Origin: Eledone cirrhosa
Taxonomy: Eukaryota
Assembly (NCBI GenBank): GCA_964016885.1
Contig: OZ024741.1
Location: forward strand, 389,236,001 to 389,300,000
Direction: 5' to 3'
DNA length: 64,000 nucleotides
In this document: piece by piece, positions 30,001 to 45,000 of the stretch
How positions within the stretch are numbered: position 1 is the stretch's first letter
Layout: each line of letters opens with the position of its first letter
Position numbers and translations under genes: made by a program
The notes under the pieces: model-generated
What the model was told of the DNA's origin: nothing
Seen by the model: only the letters and a program-made list of their open reading frames with translations
Databases searched by the model: none

Positions 30001-33000
30001 AGACTAGACGAGGGCGACGGACAGACAGACAGTGCTTTTATTATATAGACTAGACGAGGGCGACGGACAGACAGACAGTGCTCTTATTATATAGACTAGA
30101 CGAGGCCGACGGACAGACAGACAGTGCTTTTATTATATAGTCTAGACGAGGGCGACGGACAGACAGACAGTGCTCTTATTATATAGACTAGACGAGGGCG
30201 ACGGACAGACAGAGAGTGCTTTTATTATATAGACTAGACGAGGGCGACGGACAGACAGACAGTGCTCTTATTATATAGACAAGACGAGGGCGACAGACAG
30301 ACAGTGCTCTTATTATATAGACTAGAGGAGGGCGACAGACAGACAGACAGTGCTCTTATTATATAGACTAGACGAGGCCGACGGACAGACAGACAGTGCT
30401 CTTATTATATAGACTAGACGAGGGCGACGTACAGACAGACAGTGCTTTTATTATATAGACTAGACGAGGGCGACGGACAGACAGACAGTGCTCTTATTAT
30501 ATAGACTAGACGAGGGCGACAGACAGACAGACAGTGCTCTTATTATATAGACTAGACGAGGCCGACGGACAGACAGACAGTGCTTTTATTATATAGACTA
30601 GACGAGGGCGACAGACAGACAGACAATGCTCTTATTATATAGACTAGACGAGGGCGACGGACAGACAGAGAGTGCTTTTATTATTTAGACTAGACGAGGG
30701 CGACAGACAGACAGACAGTGCTCTTATTATATAGACTAGACGAGGGCGACGGACAGACAGACAGTGCTCTTATTATATAGACTAGACGAGGCTGACGGAC
30801 AGAGAGACAGTGCTTTTATTATATAGACTAGACGAGGGCGACGGACAGACAGACAGTGCTCTTATTATATAGACTAGACGAGGGCGACGGACAGACAGAC
30901 AGTGCTCTTATTATATAGACTAGACGAGGGCGACGGATAGACAGACAGTGCTCTTATTATATAGACTAGACGAGGGCGACGGACAGACAGACAGTGCTCT
31001 TATTATATAGACTAGACGAGGCCGAAGGACAGACAGACAGTGCTCTTATTATATAGACTAGACGAGGGCGACGTACAGACAGACAGTGCTTATATTATAT
31101 AGACTAGACGAGGGCGACGGACAGACAGACAGTGCTCTTATTATATAGACTAGACGAGGCTGACGGACAGACAGACAGTGCTCTTATTATATCGACTAGA
31201 CGAGGGCGACGTACAGACAGACAGTGCTTTTATTATATAGACTAGACGAGGGCGACCGACAGACAGACAGTGCTCTCATTATATAGACTAGACGAGGGCG
31301 ACAGACAGACAGACAGTGCTCTTATTATATAGACTAGATGAGGGCGACAGACAGACAGACAGTGCTCTTATTATATAGACTAGACGAGGGCGACAGACAG
31401 ACAGACAGTGCTCTTATTATATAGACTAGACGAGGCCGACAGACAGACAGACAGACAGTGCTCTTATTATATAGACTAGACGAGGGCGACGGACAGACAG
31501 ACAGTGCTCTTATTATATAGACTAGACTAGGCCGACGGACAGACAGACAGTGCTCTTATTATATAGACTAGACGAGGGCGACAGACAGACAGACAGTGCT
31601 CTTATTATATAGACTAGACGAGGGCGACAGACAGATAGACAGTGCTCTTATTATATAGACTAGACGAGGGCGACAGACAGATAGACAGTGCTCTTATTAT
31701 ATAGACTAGACGAGGCCGACAGACAGACAGACAGTGCTCTTATTATATAGACTAGACGAGGGCGACGTACAGACAGACAGTGCTTTTATTATATAGACTA
31801 GACGAGGGCGACGGACAGACAGACAGTGCTCTTATTATATAGACTAGACGAGGGCGACAGACAGACAGACAATGCTCTTATTATATAGACTAGACGAGGG
31901 CTACAGACAGACAGACAGTGCTCTTATTATATAGACTAGACGAGGGCGACGGACAGACAGACAGTGCTCTTATTATATAGACTAGACGAGGCTGACGGAC
32001 AGAGAGACAGTGCTTTTATTATATAGACTAGACGAGGGCGACGGACAGACAGACAGTGCTCTTATTATATAGACTAGACGAGGGCCATGGACAGACAGAC
32101 AGTGCTCTTATTATATAGACTAGACGAGGGCGACGGACAGACAGACAGTGCTCTTATTATATAGACTAGACGAGGGCGACGGACAGACAGACAGTGCTCT
32201 TATTATATAGACTAGACGAGGCCGAAGGACAGACAGACAGTGCTCTTATTATATAGACTAGACGAGGGCGACGTACAGACAGACAGTGCTTATATTATAT
32301 AGACTAGACGAGGGCGACGGACAGACAGACAGTGCTCTTATTATATAGACTAGACGAGGCTGACGGACAGACAGACAGTGCTCTTATTATATCGACTAGA
32401 CGAGGGCGACGTACAGACAGACAGTGCTTTTATTATATAGACTAGACGAGGGCGACGGACAGACAGACAGTGCTTTTATTATATAGACTAGACGAGGGCG
32501 ACAGACAGACAGACAGTGCTCTTATTATATAGACTAGACGAGGGCGACGGACAGACAGACAGTGCTCTTATTATATAGACTAGACGAGGCTGACGGACAG
32601 AGAGACAGTGCTTTTATTATATAGACTAGACGAGGGCGACGGACAGACAGACAGTGCTCTTATTATATAGACTAGACGAGGGCCACGGACAGACAGACAG
32701 TGCTCTTATTATATAGACTAGACGAGGGCGACGGACAGACAGACAGTGCTCTTATTATATAGACTAGACGAGGGCGACGGACAGACAGACAGTGCTCTTA
32801 TTATATAGACTAGACGAGGCCGAAGGACAGACAGACAGTGCTCTTATTATATAGACTAGACGAGGGCGACGTACAGACAGACAGTGCTTATATTATATAG
32901 ACTAGACGAGGGCGACGGACAGACAGACAGTGCTCTTATTATATAGACTAGACGAGGCTGACGGACAGACAGACAGTGCTCTTATTATATCGACTAGACG

Positions 33001-36000
33001 AGGGCGACGTACAGACAGACAGTGCTTTTATTATATAGACTAGACGAGGGCGACGGACAGACAGACAGTGCTCTTATTATATAAACTAGACGAGGGCGAC
33101 AGACAGACAGACAGTGCTCTTATTATATAGACTAGACGAGGGCGACAGACAGACAGACAGTGCTCTTATTATATAGACTTGACGAGTGCGACGGACAGAC
33201 AGACAGTGCTCTTATTATATAGACTAGACGAGGTTGAGGGACAGACAGACAGTGCTTTTATTATATAGACTAGACGAGGGCGACAGACAGACAGACAGTG
33301 CTCTTATTATATAGACTAGACGAGGGCGACAGACAGACAGACAGTGCTCTTATTATATACACTAGACGAGGCCGACGGACAGACAGACAGTGCTCTTATT
33401 ATATAGACTAGACGAGGGCGACAGACAGACAGTGCTCTTATTATATAGACTAGACGAGGGCGACAGACGGACAGACAGTGCTCTTATTATATAGACTAGA
33501 CGAGGGCGACAGACAAACAGACAGTGCTCTTATTATATAGACTAGACGAGGGCGACAGACAGAGAGACAGTGCTCTTATTATATAGACTAGACGAGGGCG
33601 ACAGACAGACAGTGCTCTTATTATATAGACTAGACGAGGGCGACGTACAGACAGACAGTGCTTTTATTATATAGACTAGACGAGGGCGACGGACAGACAG
33701 ACAGTGCTCTTATTATATAGACTAGACGAGGGCGACAGACAGACAGACAGTGCTCTTATTATATAGACTAGACGAGGGCGACAGACAGACAGACAGTGCT
33801 CTTATTATATAGACTAGACGAGGGCGACGGACAGACAGACAGTGCTCTTATTATATAGACTAGACGAGGTTGAGGGACAGACAGACAGTGCTTTTATTAT
33901 ATAGACTAGACGAGGGCGACAGACAGACAGACAGTGCTCTTATTATATAGACTAGACGAGGGCGACAGACAGACAGACAGTGCTCTTATTATATAGACTA
34001 GACGAGGCCGACGGACAGACAGACAGTGCTCTTATTATATAGACTAGACGAGGGCGACAGACAGACAGTGCTCTTATTATATAGACTAGACGAGGTTGAG
34101 GGACAGACAGTGCTCTTATTATATAGACTAGACGAGGGCGACAGACAAACAGACAGTGCTCTTATTATATAGACTAGACGAGGGCGACAGACAGAGAGAC
34201 AGTGCTCTTATTATATAGACTAGACGAGGGCGACGGACAGACAGACAGTGCTCTTATTATATAGACTAGACGAGGGCGACAGACAGACAGACAGTGCTCT
34301 TATTATATAGACTAGACGAGGGCGACAGACAGACAGACAGTGCTCTTATTATATAGACTAGACGAGGGCGACAGACAGACAGACAGTGCTCCTATTATAT
34401 AGACTAGACGAGGGCGACGGACAGACAGACAGTGCTTTTATTATATAGATTAGACGAGGGCGACGGACAGACAGACAGTGCTCTTATTATATAGACTAGA
34501 CGAGGGCTACGGACAGACAGACAGTTCTCTTATTATATAGACTAGATGAGGGCGACGGACAGACAGACAGTGCTCTTATTATATAGACTAGACGAGGCTG
34601 TCGGACAGACAGTGCTCTTATTATACAGACTAGACGAGGCCGACGGACAGACAGACAGTGCTTTTATTATATAGACTAGAAAAGGGCGACGGACAGACAG
34701 ACAGTGCTTTTATTATATAGACTAGACGAGGCTGACGGACAGACAGACAGTGCTCTTATTATATAGACTAGACGAGGGCGACGGACAGACAGGCAGTGCT
34801 CTTATTATATAGACTAGACGAGGGCAACGGACAGACAGACAGTGCTCTTATTATATAGACTAGACGAGGGCGACGGACAGACAGACAGTGCTTTTATTAT
34901 ATAGACTAGACGAGGGCGACGGACAGACAGACAGTGCTTTTATTATATAGACTAGACGATGCTGACGGACAGACAGACAGTGCTCTTATTATATAGACTA
35001 GACGAGGGCGACGGACAGACAGACAGTGCTCTTATTATATAGACTAGACGAGGGCGACGGACAGACAGACAGTGCTCTTATTATATAGACTAGACGAGGG
35101 CGACGGACAGACAGATAGTGCTTTTATTATATAGACTAGACGAGGGCGACGGACAGACAGACAGTGCTTTTATTATATAGACTAGACGAGGATGACGGAC
35201 AGACAGACAGTGCTCTTATTATATAGACTAGACGAGGCTGACGGACAGACAGACAGTGCTCTTATTATATAGACTTGACGAGGGCGACGGACAGACAGAC
35301 AGTGCTATAATTATATAGACTAGACGAGGGCGACGGACAGACAGACAGTGCTCTTATTATATAGACTAGACGAGGGCGACGGACAGACAGACAGTGCTTT
35401 TATTATATAGACTAGACGAGGACGACGGACAGACAGACAGTGCTCTTATTATATAGACTAGACGAGGGCGACGGACAGACAGACAGTGCTTTTATTATAT
35501 AGACTAGACGAGGCTGACGGACAGACAGACAGTGCTCTTATTATATAGACTAGACGGGGGCGACGGACAGACAGACAGTGCTTTTATTATATAGACTAGA
35601 CGAGGGAGACGGACAGACAGACAGTGCTTTTATTATATAGACTAGACGAGGCTGACGGACAGACGGACAGTGCTCTTATTACATAGACTAGACGAGGGCG
35701 ACGGACAGACAGACAGTGCTCTTATTATATAGACTAGACGAGGGCCACGGACAGACAGACAGTGCTCTTATTATATAGACTAGACGAGGGCGACGGACAG
35801 ACAGACAGTGCTTTTATTATATAGACTAGACGAGGGCGACGGACAGACAGACAGTGCTTTTATTATATAGACTAGACGAGGATGACGGACAGACAGACAG
35901 TGCTCTTATTATATAGACTAGACGAGGCTGACGGACAGACATACAGTGCTCTTATTATATAGACTAGACGAGGGCGACGGACAGACAGACAGTGCTTTTA

Positions 36001-39000
36001 TTATATAGACTAGACGAGGGCGACGGACAGACAGACAGTGCTTTTATTATATAGACTAGACGAGCATGGCGGACAGACAGTGCTCTTATTATATAGACTA
36101 GACGAGGCTGACGGACAGACAGACAGTGCTCTTATTATATAGACTAGACGAGGGCGACGGACAGACAGACAGTGCTTTTATTATATAGACTAGACGAGGG
36201 CGACGGACAGACAGACAGTGCTCTTATTATATAGACTAGACGAGGCCGACGGACAGACAGACAGTGCTCTTATTATATAGACTAGACGAGGCCGACGGAC
36301 AGACAGACAGTGCTCTTATTATATAGACTAGACGAGGCCGACGGACAGACAGACAGTGCTTTTATTATATAGACTAGACGAGCATGGCGGACAGACAGTG
36401 CTCTTATTATATAGACTAGACGAGGCCGACGGACAGACAGACAGTGCTCTTATTATATAGACTAGACGAGGCTGACGGACAGACAGACAGTGCTTTTATT
36501 ATATAGTCTAGACGAGGGCGACGGACAGACAGACAGTGCTCTTATTATATAGACTAGACGAGGGCGACGGACAGACAGACAGTGCTTTTATTATATAGAC
36601 TAGACGAGGCTGACGGACAGACAGACAGTGCTCTTATTATATAGACTAGAGGAGGGCGACGGACAGACAGACAGTGCTTTTATTATATAGACTAGACGAG
36701 GCTCACGGACAGACAGACAGTGCCCTTATTATATAGACTAGACGAGGGCGACGTACAGACAGAGAGTGCTTTTATTATATAGACTAGACGAGGGCGACGG
36801 ACAGACAGACAGTGCTCTTATTATATAGACTAGACGAGGGCGACAGACAGACAGACAGTGCTTTTATTATATAGACTAGACGAGGCTGACGGACAGACAG
36901 ACAGTGCTCTTATTATATAGACTAGACGAGGCCGACGGACAGACAGACAGTGCTCTTATTATATAGACTAGACGAGGGCGACGGACAGACAGACAGTGCT
37001 TTTATTATATAGACTAGACGAGGGCGACGGACAGACAGACAGTGCTCTTATTATATAGACTAGACGAGGGCGACGGACAGACAGACAGTGCTCTTATTAT
37101 ATAGACTAGACGAGGGCGACGGACAGACAGACAGTGCTCTTATTATATAGACTGGACGAGGGCGACGGCCAGACAGACAGACAGTGCTCTTATTATATAG
37201 ACTAGACGAGGCTGACGGACAGACAGACAGTGCTCTTATTATATAGACTAGACGAGGCTGACGGACAGACAGACAGTGCTCTTATTATATAGACTAGACG
37301 AGGCCGACAGACAGACAGACAGTGCTCTTATTATATAGACTAGACGAGGGCGACGGACAGACAGACAGCCAGTGCTCTCATTATATAGACTAGACGAGGC
37401 TGACGGACAGACAGACAGTGCTCTTATTATATAGACTAGACGAGGGCGACGGACAGACAGACAGTGCTTTTATTATATAGACTAGACGAGGGCGACGGAC
37501 AGACAGACAGTGCTCTTATTATATAGACTAGACGAGGCCGACGGACAGACAGACAGTGCTTTTATTATATAGTCTAGACGAGGGCGACGGACAGACAGAC
37601 AGTGCTCTTATTATATAGACTAGACGAGGGCGACGGACAGACAGACAGTGCTTTTATTATATAGACTAGACGAGGCTGACGGACAGACAGACAGTGCTCT
37701 TATTATATAGACTAGACGAGGGCGACGGACAGACAGACAGTGCTTTTATTATATAGACTAGACGAGGCTCACGGACAGACAGACAGTGCCCTTATTATAT
37801 AGACTAGACGAGGGCGACGTACAGACAGAGAGTGCTTTTATTATATAGACTAGACGAGGGCGACGGACAGACAGACAGTGCTCTTATTATATAGACTAGA
37901 CGAGGGCGACAGACAGACAGTGCTCTTATTATATAGACTAGAGGAGGGCGACAGACAGACAGACAGTGCTCTTATTATATAGACTAGACGAGGCCGACGG
38001 ACAGACAGACAGTGCTCTTATTATATAGACTAGACGAGGGCGACGTACAGACAGACAGTGCTTTTATTATATAGACTAGACGAGGGCGACGGACAGACAG
38101 ACAGTGCTCTTATTATATAGACTAGACGAGGGCGACAGACAGACAGACAGTGCTCTTATTATATAGACTAGACGAGGCCGACGGACAGACAGACAGTGCT
38201 TTTATTATATAGACTAGACGAGGGCGACAGACAGACAGACAATGCTCTTATTATATAGACTAGACGAGGGCGACGGACAGACAGAGAGTGCTTTTATTAT
38301 TTAGACTAGACGAGGGCGACAGACAGACAGACAGTGCTCTTATTATATAGACTAGACGAGGGCGACGGACAGACAGACAGTGCTCTTATTATATAGACTA
38401 GACGAGGCTGACGGACAGAGAGACAGTGCTTTTATTATATAGACTAGACGAGGGCGACGGACAGACAGACAGTGCTCTTATTATATAGACTAGACGAGGG
38501 CGACGGACAGACAGACAGTGCTCTTATTATATAGACTAGACGAGGGCGACGGATAGACAGACAGTGCTCTTATTATATAGACTAGACGAGGGCGACGGAC
38601 AGACAGACAGTGCTCTTATTATATAGACTAGACGAGGCCGAAGGACAGACAGACAGTGCTCTTATTATATAGACTAGACGAGGGCGACGTACAGACAGAC
38701 AGTGCTTATATTATATAGACTAGACGAGGGCGACGGACAGACAGACAGTGCTCTTATTATATAGACTAGACGAGGCTGACGGACAGACAGACAGTGCTCT
38801 TATTATATCGACTAGACGAGGGCGACGTACAGACAGACAGTGCTTTTATTATATAGACTAGACGAGGGCGACCGACAGACAGACAGTGCTCTCATTATAT
38901 AGACTAGACGAGGGCGACAGACAGACAGACAGTGCTCTTATTATATAGACTAGATGAGGGCGACAGACAGACAGACAGTGCTCTTATTATATAGACTAGA

Positions 39001-42000
39001 CGAGGGCGACAGACAGACAGACAGTGCTCTTATTATATAGACTAGACGAGGCCGACAGACAGACAGACAGACAGTGCTCTTATTATATAGACTAGACGAG
39101 GGCGACGGACAGACAGACAGTGCTCTTATTATATAGACTAGACTAGGCCGACGGACAGACAGACAGTGCTCTTATTATATAGACTAGACGAGGGCGACAG
39201 ACAGACAGACAGTGCTCTTATTATATAGACTAGACGAGGGCGACAGACAGATAGACAGTGCTCTTATTATATAGACTAGACGAGGGCGACAGACAGATAG
39301 ACAGTGCTCTTATTATATAGACTAGACGAGGCCGACAGACAGACAGACAGTGCTCTTATTATATAGACTAGACGAGGGCGACGTACAGACAGACAGTGCT
39401 TTTATTATATAGACTAGACGAGGGCGACGGACAGACAGACAGTGCTCTTATTATATAGACTAGACGAGGGCGACAGACAGACAGACAATGCTCTTATTAT
39501 ATAGACTAGACGAGGGCTACAGACAGACAGACAGTGCTCTTATTATATAGACTAGACGAGGGCGACGGACAGACAGACAGTGCTCTTATTATATAGACTA
39601 GACGAGGCTGACGGACAGAGAGACAGTGCTTTTATTATATAGACTAGACGAGGGCGACGGACAGACAGACAGTGCTCTTATTATATAGACTAGACGAGGG
39701 CCACGGACAGACAGACAGTGCTCTTATTATATAGACTAGACGAGGGCGACGGACAGACAGACAGTGCTCTTATTATATAGACTAGACGAGGCCGAAGGAC
39801 AGACAGACAGTGCTCTTATTATATAGACTAGACGAGGGCGACGTACAGACAGACAGTGCTTATATTATATAGACTAGACGAGGGCGACGGACAGACAGAC
39901 AGTGCTCTTATTATATAGACTAGACGAGGGCGACGGACAGACAGACAGTGCTCTTATTATATAGACTAGACGAGGGCGACAGACAGACAGACAGTGCTCT
40001 TATTATATAGACTAGACGAGGGCGACAGACAGACAGACAGTGCTCTTATTATATAGACTAGACGAGGGCGACGGACAGACAGACAGTGCTTTTATTATAT
40101 AGACTAGACGAGGGCGACCGACAGACAGACAGTGCTCTCATTATATAGACTAGACGAGGGCGACAGACAGACAGACAGTGCTCTTATTATATAGACTAGA
40201 TGAGGGCGACAGACAGACAGACAGTGCTCTTATTATATAGACTAGACGAGGGCGACAGACAGACAGACAGTGCTCTTATTATATAGACTAGACGAGGTTG
40301 AGGGACAGACAGACAGTGCTTTTATTATATAGACTAGACGAGGGCGACAGACAGACAGACAGTGCTCTTATTATATAGACTAGACGAGGGCGACAGACAG
40401 ACAGACAGTGCTCTTATTATATAGACTAGACGAGGCCGACGGACAGACAGACAGTGCTCTTATTATATAGACTAGACGAGGGCGACAGACAGACAGTGCT
40501 CTTATTATATAGACTAGACGAGGGCGACAGACGGACAGACAGTGCTCTTATTATATAGACTAGACGAGGGCGACAGACAAACAGACAGTGCTCTTATTAT
40601 ATAGACTAGACGAGGGCGACAGACAGAGAGACAGTGCTCTTATTATATAGACTAGACGAGGGCGACAGACAGACAGTGCTCTTATTATATAGACTAGACG
40701 AGGGCGACGTACAGACAGACAGTGCTTTTATTATATAGACTAGACGAGGGCGACGGACAGACAGACAGTGCTCTTATTATATAGACTAGACGAGGGCGAC
40801 AGACAGACAGACAGTGCTCTTATTATATAGACTAGACGAGGGCGACAGACAGACAGACAGTGCTCTTATTATATAGACTAGACGAGGGCGACGGACAGAC
40901 AGACAGTGCTCTTATTATATAGACTAGACGAGGTTGAGGGACAGACAGACAGTGCTTTTATTATATAGACTAGACGAGGGCGACAGACAGACAGACAGTG
41001 CTCTTATTATATAGACTAGACGAGGGCGACAGACAGACAGACAGTGCTCTTATTATATAGACTAGACGAGGCCGACGGACAGACAGACAGTGCTCTTATT
41101 ATATAGACTAGACGAGGGCGACAGACAGACAGTGCTCTTATTATATAGACTAGACGAGGTTGAGGGACAGACAGTGCTCTTATTATATAGACTAGACGAG
41201 GGCGACAGACAAACAGACAGTGCTCTTATTATATAGACTAGACGAGGGCGACAGACAGAGAGACAGTGCTCTTATTATATAGACTAGACGAGGGCGACGG
41301 ACAGACAGACAGTGCTCTTATTATATAGACTAGACGAGGGCGACAGACAGACAGACAGTGCTCTTATTATATAGACTAGACGAGGGCGACAGACAGACAG
41401 ACAGTGCTCTTATTATATAGACTAGACGAGGGCGACAGACAGACAGACAGTGCTCCTATTATATAGACTAGACGAGGGCGACGGACAGACAGACAGTGCT
41501 TTTATTATATAGATTAGACGAGGGCGACGGACAGACAGACAGTGCTCTTATTATATAGACTAGACGAGGGCTACGGACAGACAGACAGTTCTCTTATTAT
41601 ATAGACTAGATGAGGGCGACGGACAGACAGACAGTGCTCTTATTATATAGACTAGACGAGGCTGACGGACAGACAGACAGTGCTCTTATTATACAGATTA
41701 GACGAGGCCGACGGACAGACAGACAGTGCTTTTATTATATAGACTAGAAAAGGGCGACGGACAGACAGACAGTGCTTTTATTATATAGACTAGACGAGGC
41801 TGACGGACAGACAGACAGTGCTCTTATTATATAGACTAGACGAGGGCGACGGACAGACAGGCAGTGCTCTTATTATATAGACTAGACGAGGGCAACGGAC
41901 AGACAGACAGTGCTCTTATTATATAGACTAGACGAGGGCGACGGACAGACAGACAGTGCTTTTATTATATAGACTAGACGAGGGCGACGGACAGACAGAC

Positions 42001-45000
42001 AGTGCTTTTATTATATAGACTAGACGATGCTGACGGACAGACAGACAGTGCTCTTATTATATAGACTAGACGAGGGCGACGGACAGACAGACAGTGCTCT
42101 TATTATATAGACTAGACGAGGGCGACGGACAGACAGACAGTGCTCTTATTATATAGACTAGACGAGGGCGACGGACAGACAGATAGTGCTTTTATTATAT
42201 AGACTAGACGAGGGCGACGGACAGACAGACAGTGCTTTTATTATATAGACTAGACGAGGATGACGGACAGACAGACAGTGCTCTTATTATATAGACTAGA
42301 CGAGGCTGACGGACAGACAGACAGTGCTCTTATTATATAGACTTGACGAGGGCGACGGACAGACAGACAGTGCTATAATTATATAGACTAGACGAGGGCG
42401 ACGGACAGACAGACAGTGCTCTTATTATATAGACTAGACGAGGGCGACGGACAGACAGACAGTGCTTTTATTATATAGACTAGACGAGGACGACGGACAG
42501 ACAGACAGTGCTCTTATTATATAGACTAGACGAGGGCGACGGACAGACAGACAGTGCTTTTATTATATAGACTAGACGAGGCTGACGGACAGACAGACAG
42601 TGCTCTTATTATATAGACTAGACGGGGGCGACGGACAGACAGACAGTGCTTTTATTATATAGACTAGACGAGGGCGACGGACAGACAGACAGTGCTTTTA
42701 TTATATAGACTAGACGAGGCTGACGGACAGACGGACAGTGCTCTTATTATATAGACTAGACGAGGGAGACGGACAGACAGACAGTGCTTTTATTATATAG
42801 ACTAGACGAGGCTGACGGACAGACGGACAGTGCTCTTATTATATAGACTAGACGAGGGCGACGGACAGACAGACAGTGCTTTTATTATATAGACTAGACG
42901 AGGGCGACGGACAGACAGACAGTGCTCTTATTATATAGACTAGACGAGGCCGACGGACAGACAGACAGTGCTTTTATTATATAGTCTAGACGAGGGCGAC
43001 GGACAGACAGACAGTGCTCTTATTATATAGACTAGACGAGGGCGACGGACAGACAGACAGTGCTTTTATTATATAGACTAGACGAGGCTGACGGACAGAC
43101 AGACAGTGCTCTTATTATATAGACTAGACGAGGGCGACGGACAGACAGACAGTGCTTTTATTATATAGACTAGACGAGGCTCACGGACAGACAGACAGTG
43201 CCCTTATTATATAGACTAGACGAGGGCGACGTACAGACAGAGAGTGCTTTTATTATATAGACTAGACGAGGGCGACGGACAGACAGACAGTGCTCTTATT
43301 ATATAGACTAGACGAGGGCGACAGACAGACAGTGCTCTTATTATATAGACTAGAGGAGGGCGACAGACAGACAGACAGTGCTCTTATTATATAGACTAGA
43401 CGAGGCCGACGGACAGACAGACAGTGCTCTTATTATATAGACTAGACGAGGGCGACGTACAGACAGACAGTGCTTTTATTATATAGACTAGACGAGGGCG
43501 ACGGACAGACAGACAGTGCTCTTATTATATAGACTAGACGAGGGCGACAGACAGACAGACAGTGCTCTTATTATATAGACTAGACGAGGCCGACGGACAG
43601 ACAGACAGTGCTTTTATTATATAGACTAGACGAGGGCGACAGACAGACAGACAATGCTCTTATTATATAGACTAGACGAGGGCGACGGACAGACAGAGAG
43701 TGCTTTTATTATTTAGACTAGACGAGGGCGACAGACAGACAGACAGTGCTCTTATTATATAGACTAGACGAGGGCGACGGACAGACAGACAGTGCTCTTA
43801 TTATATAGACTAGACGAGGCTGACGGACAGAGAGACAGTGCTTTTATTATATAGACTAGACGAGGGCGACGGACAGACAGACAGTGCTCTTATTATATAG
43901 ACTAGACGAGGGCGACGGACAGACAGACAGTGCTCTTATTATATAGACTAGACGAGGGCGACGGATAGACAGACAGTGCTCTTATTATATAGACTAGACG
44001 AGGGCGACGGACAGACAGACAGTGCTCTTATTATATAGACTAGACGAGGCCGAAGGACAGACAGACAGTGCTCTTATTATATAGACTAGACGAGGGCGAC
44101 GTACAGACAGACAGTGCTTATATTATATAGACTAGACGAGGGCGACGGACAGACAGACAGTGCTCTTATTATATAGACTAGACGAGGCTGACGGACAGAC
44201 AGACAGTGCTCTTATTATATCGACTAGACGAGGGCGACGTACAGACAGACAGTGCTTTTATTATATAGACTAGACGAGGGCGACCGACAGACAGACAGTG
44301 CTCTCATTATATAGACTAGACGAGGGCGACAGACAGACAGACAGTGCTCTTATTATATAGACTAGATGAGGGCGACAGACAGACAGACAGTGCTCTTATT
44401 ATATAGACTAGACGAGGGCGACAGACAGACAGACAGTGCTCTTATTATATAGACTAGACGAGGCCGACAGACAGACAGACAGACAGTGCTCTTATTATAT
44501 AGACTAGACGAGGGCGACGGACAGACAGACAGTGCTCTTATTATATAGACTAGACTAGGCCGACGGACAGACAGACAGTGCTCTTATTATATAGACTAGA
44601 CGAGGGCGACAGACAGACAGACAGTGCTCTTATTATATAGACTAGACGAGGGCGACAGACAGATAGACAGTGCTCTTATTATATAGACTAGACGAGGGCG
44701 ACAGACAGATAGACAGTGCTCTTATTATATAGACTAGACGAGGCCGACAGACAGACAGACAGTGCTCTTATTATATAGACTAGACGAGGGCGACGTACAG
44801 ACAGACAGTGCTTTTATTATATAGACTAGACGAGGGCGACGGACAGACAGACAGTGTTCTTATTATATAGACTAGACGAGGGCGACAGACAGACAGACAA
44901 TGCTCTTATTATATAGACTAGACGAGGGCTACAGACAGACAGACAGTGCTCTTATTATATAGACTAGACGAGGACGACGGACAAGCAGACAGTGCTCTTA

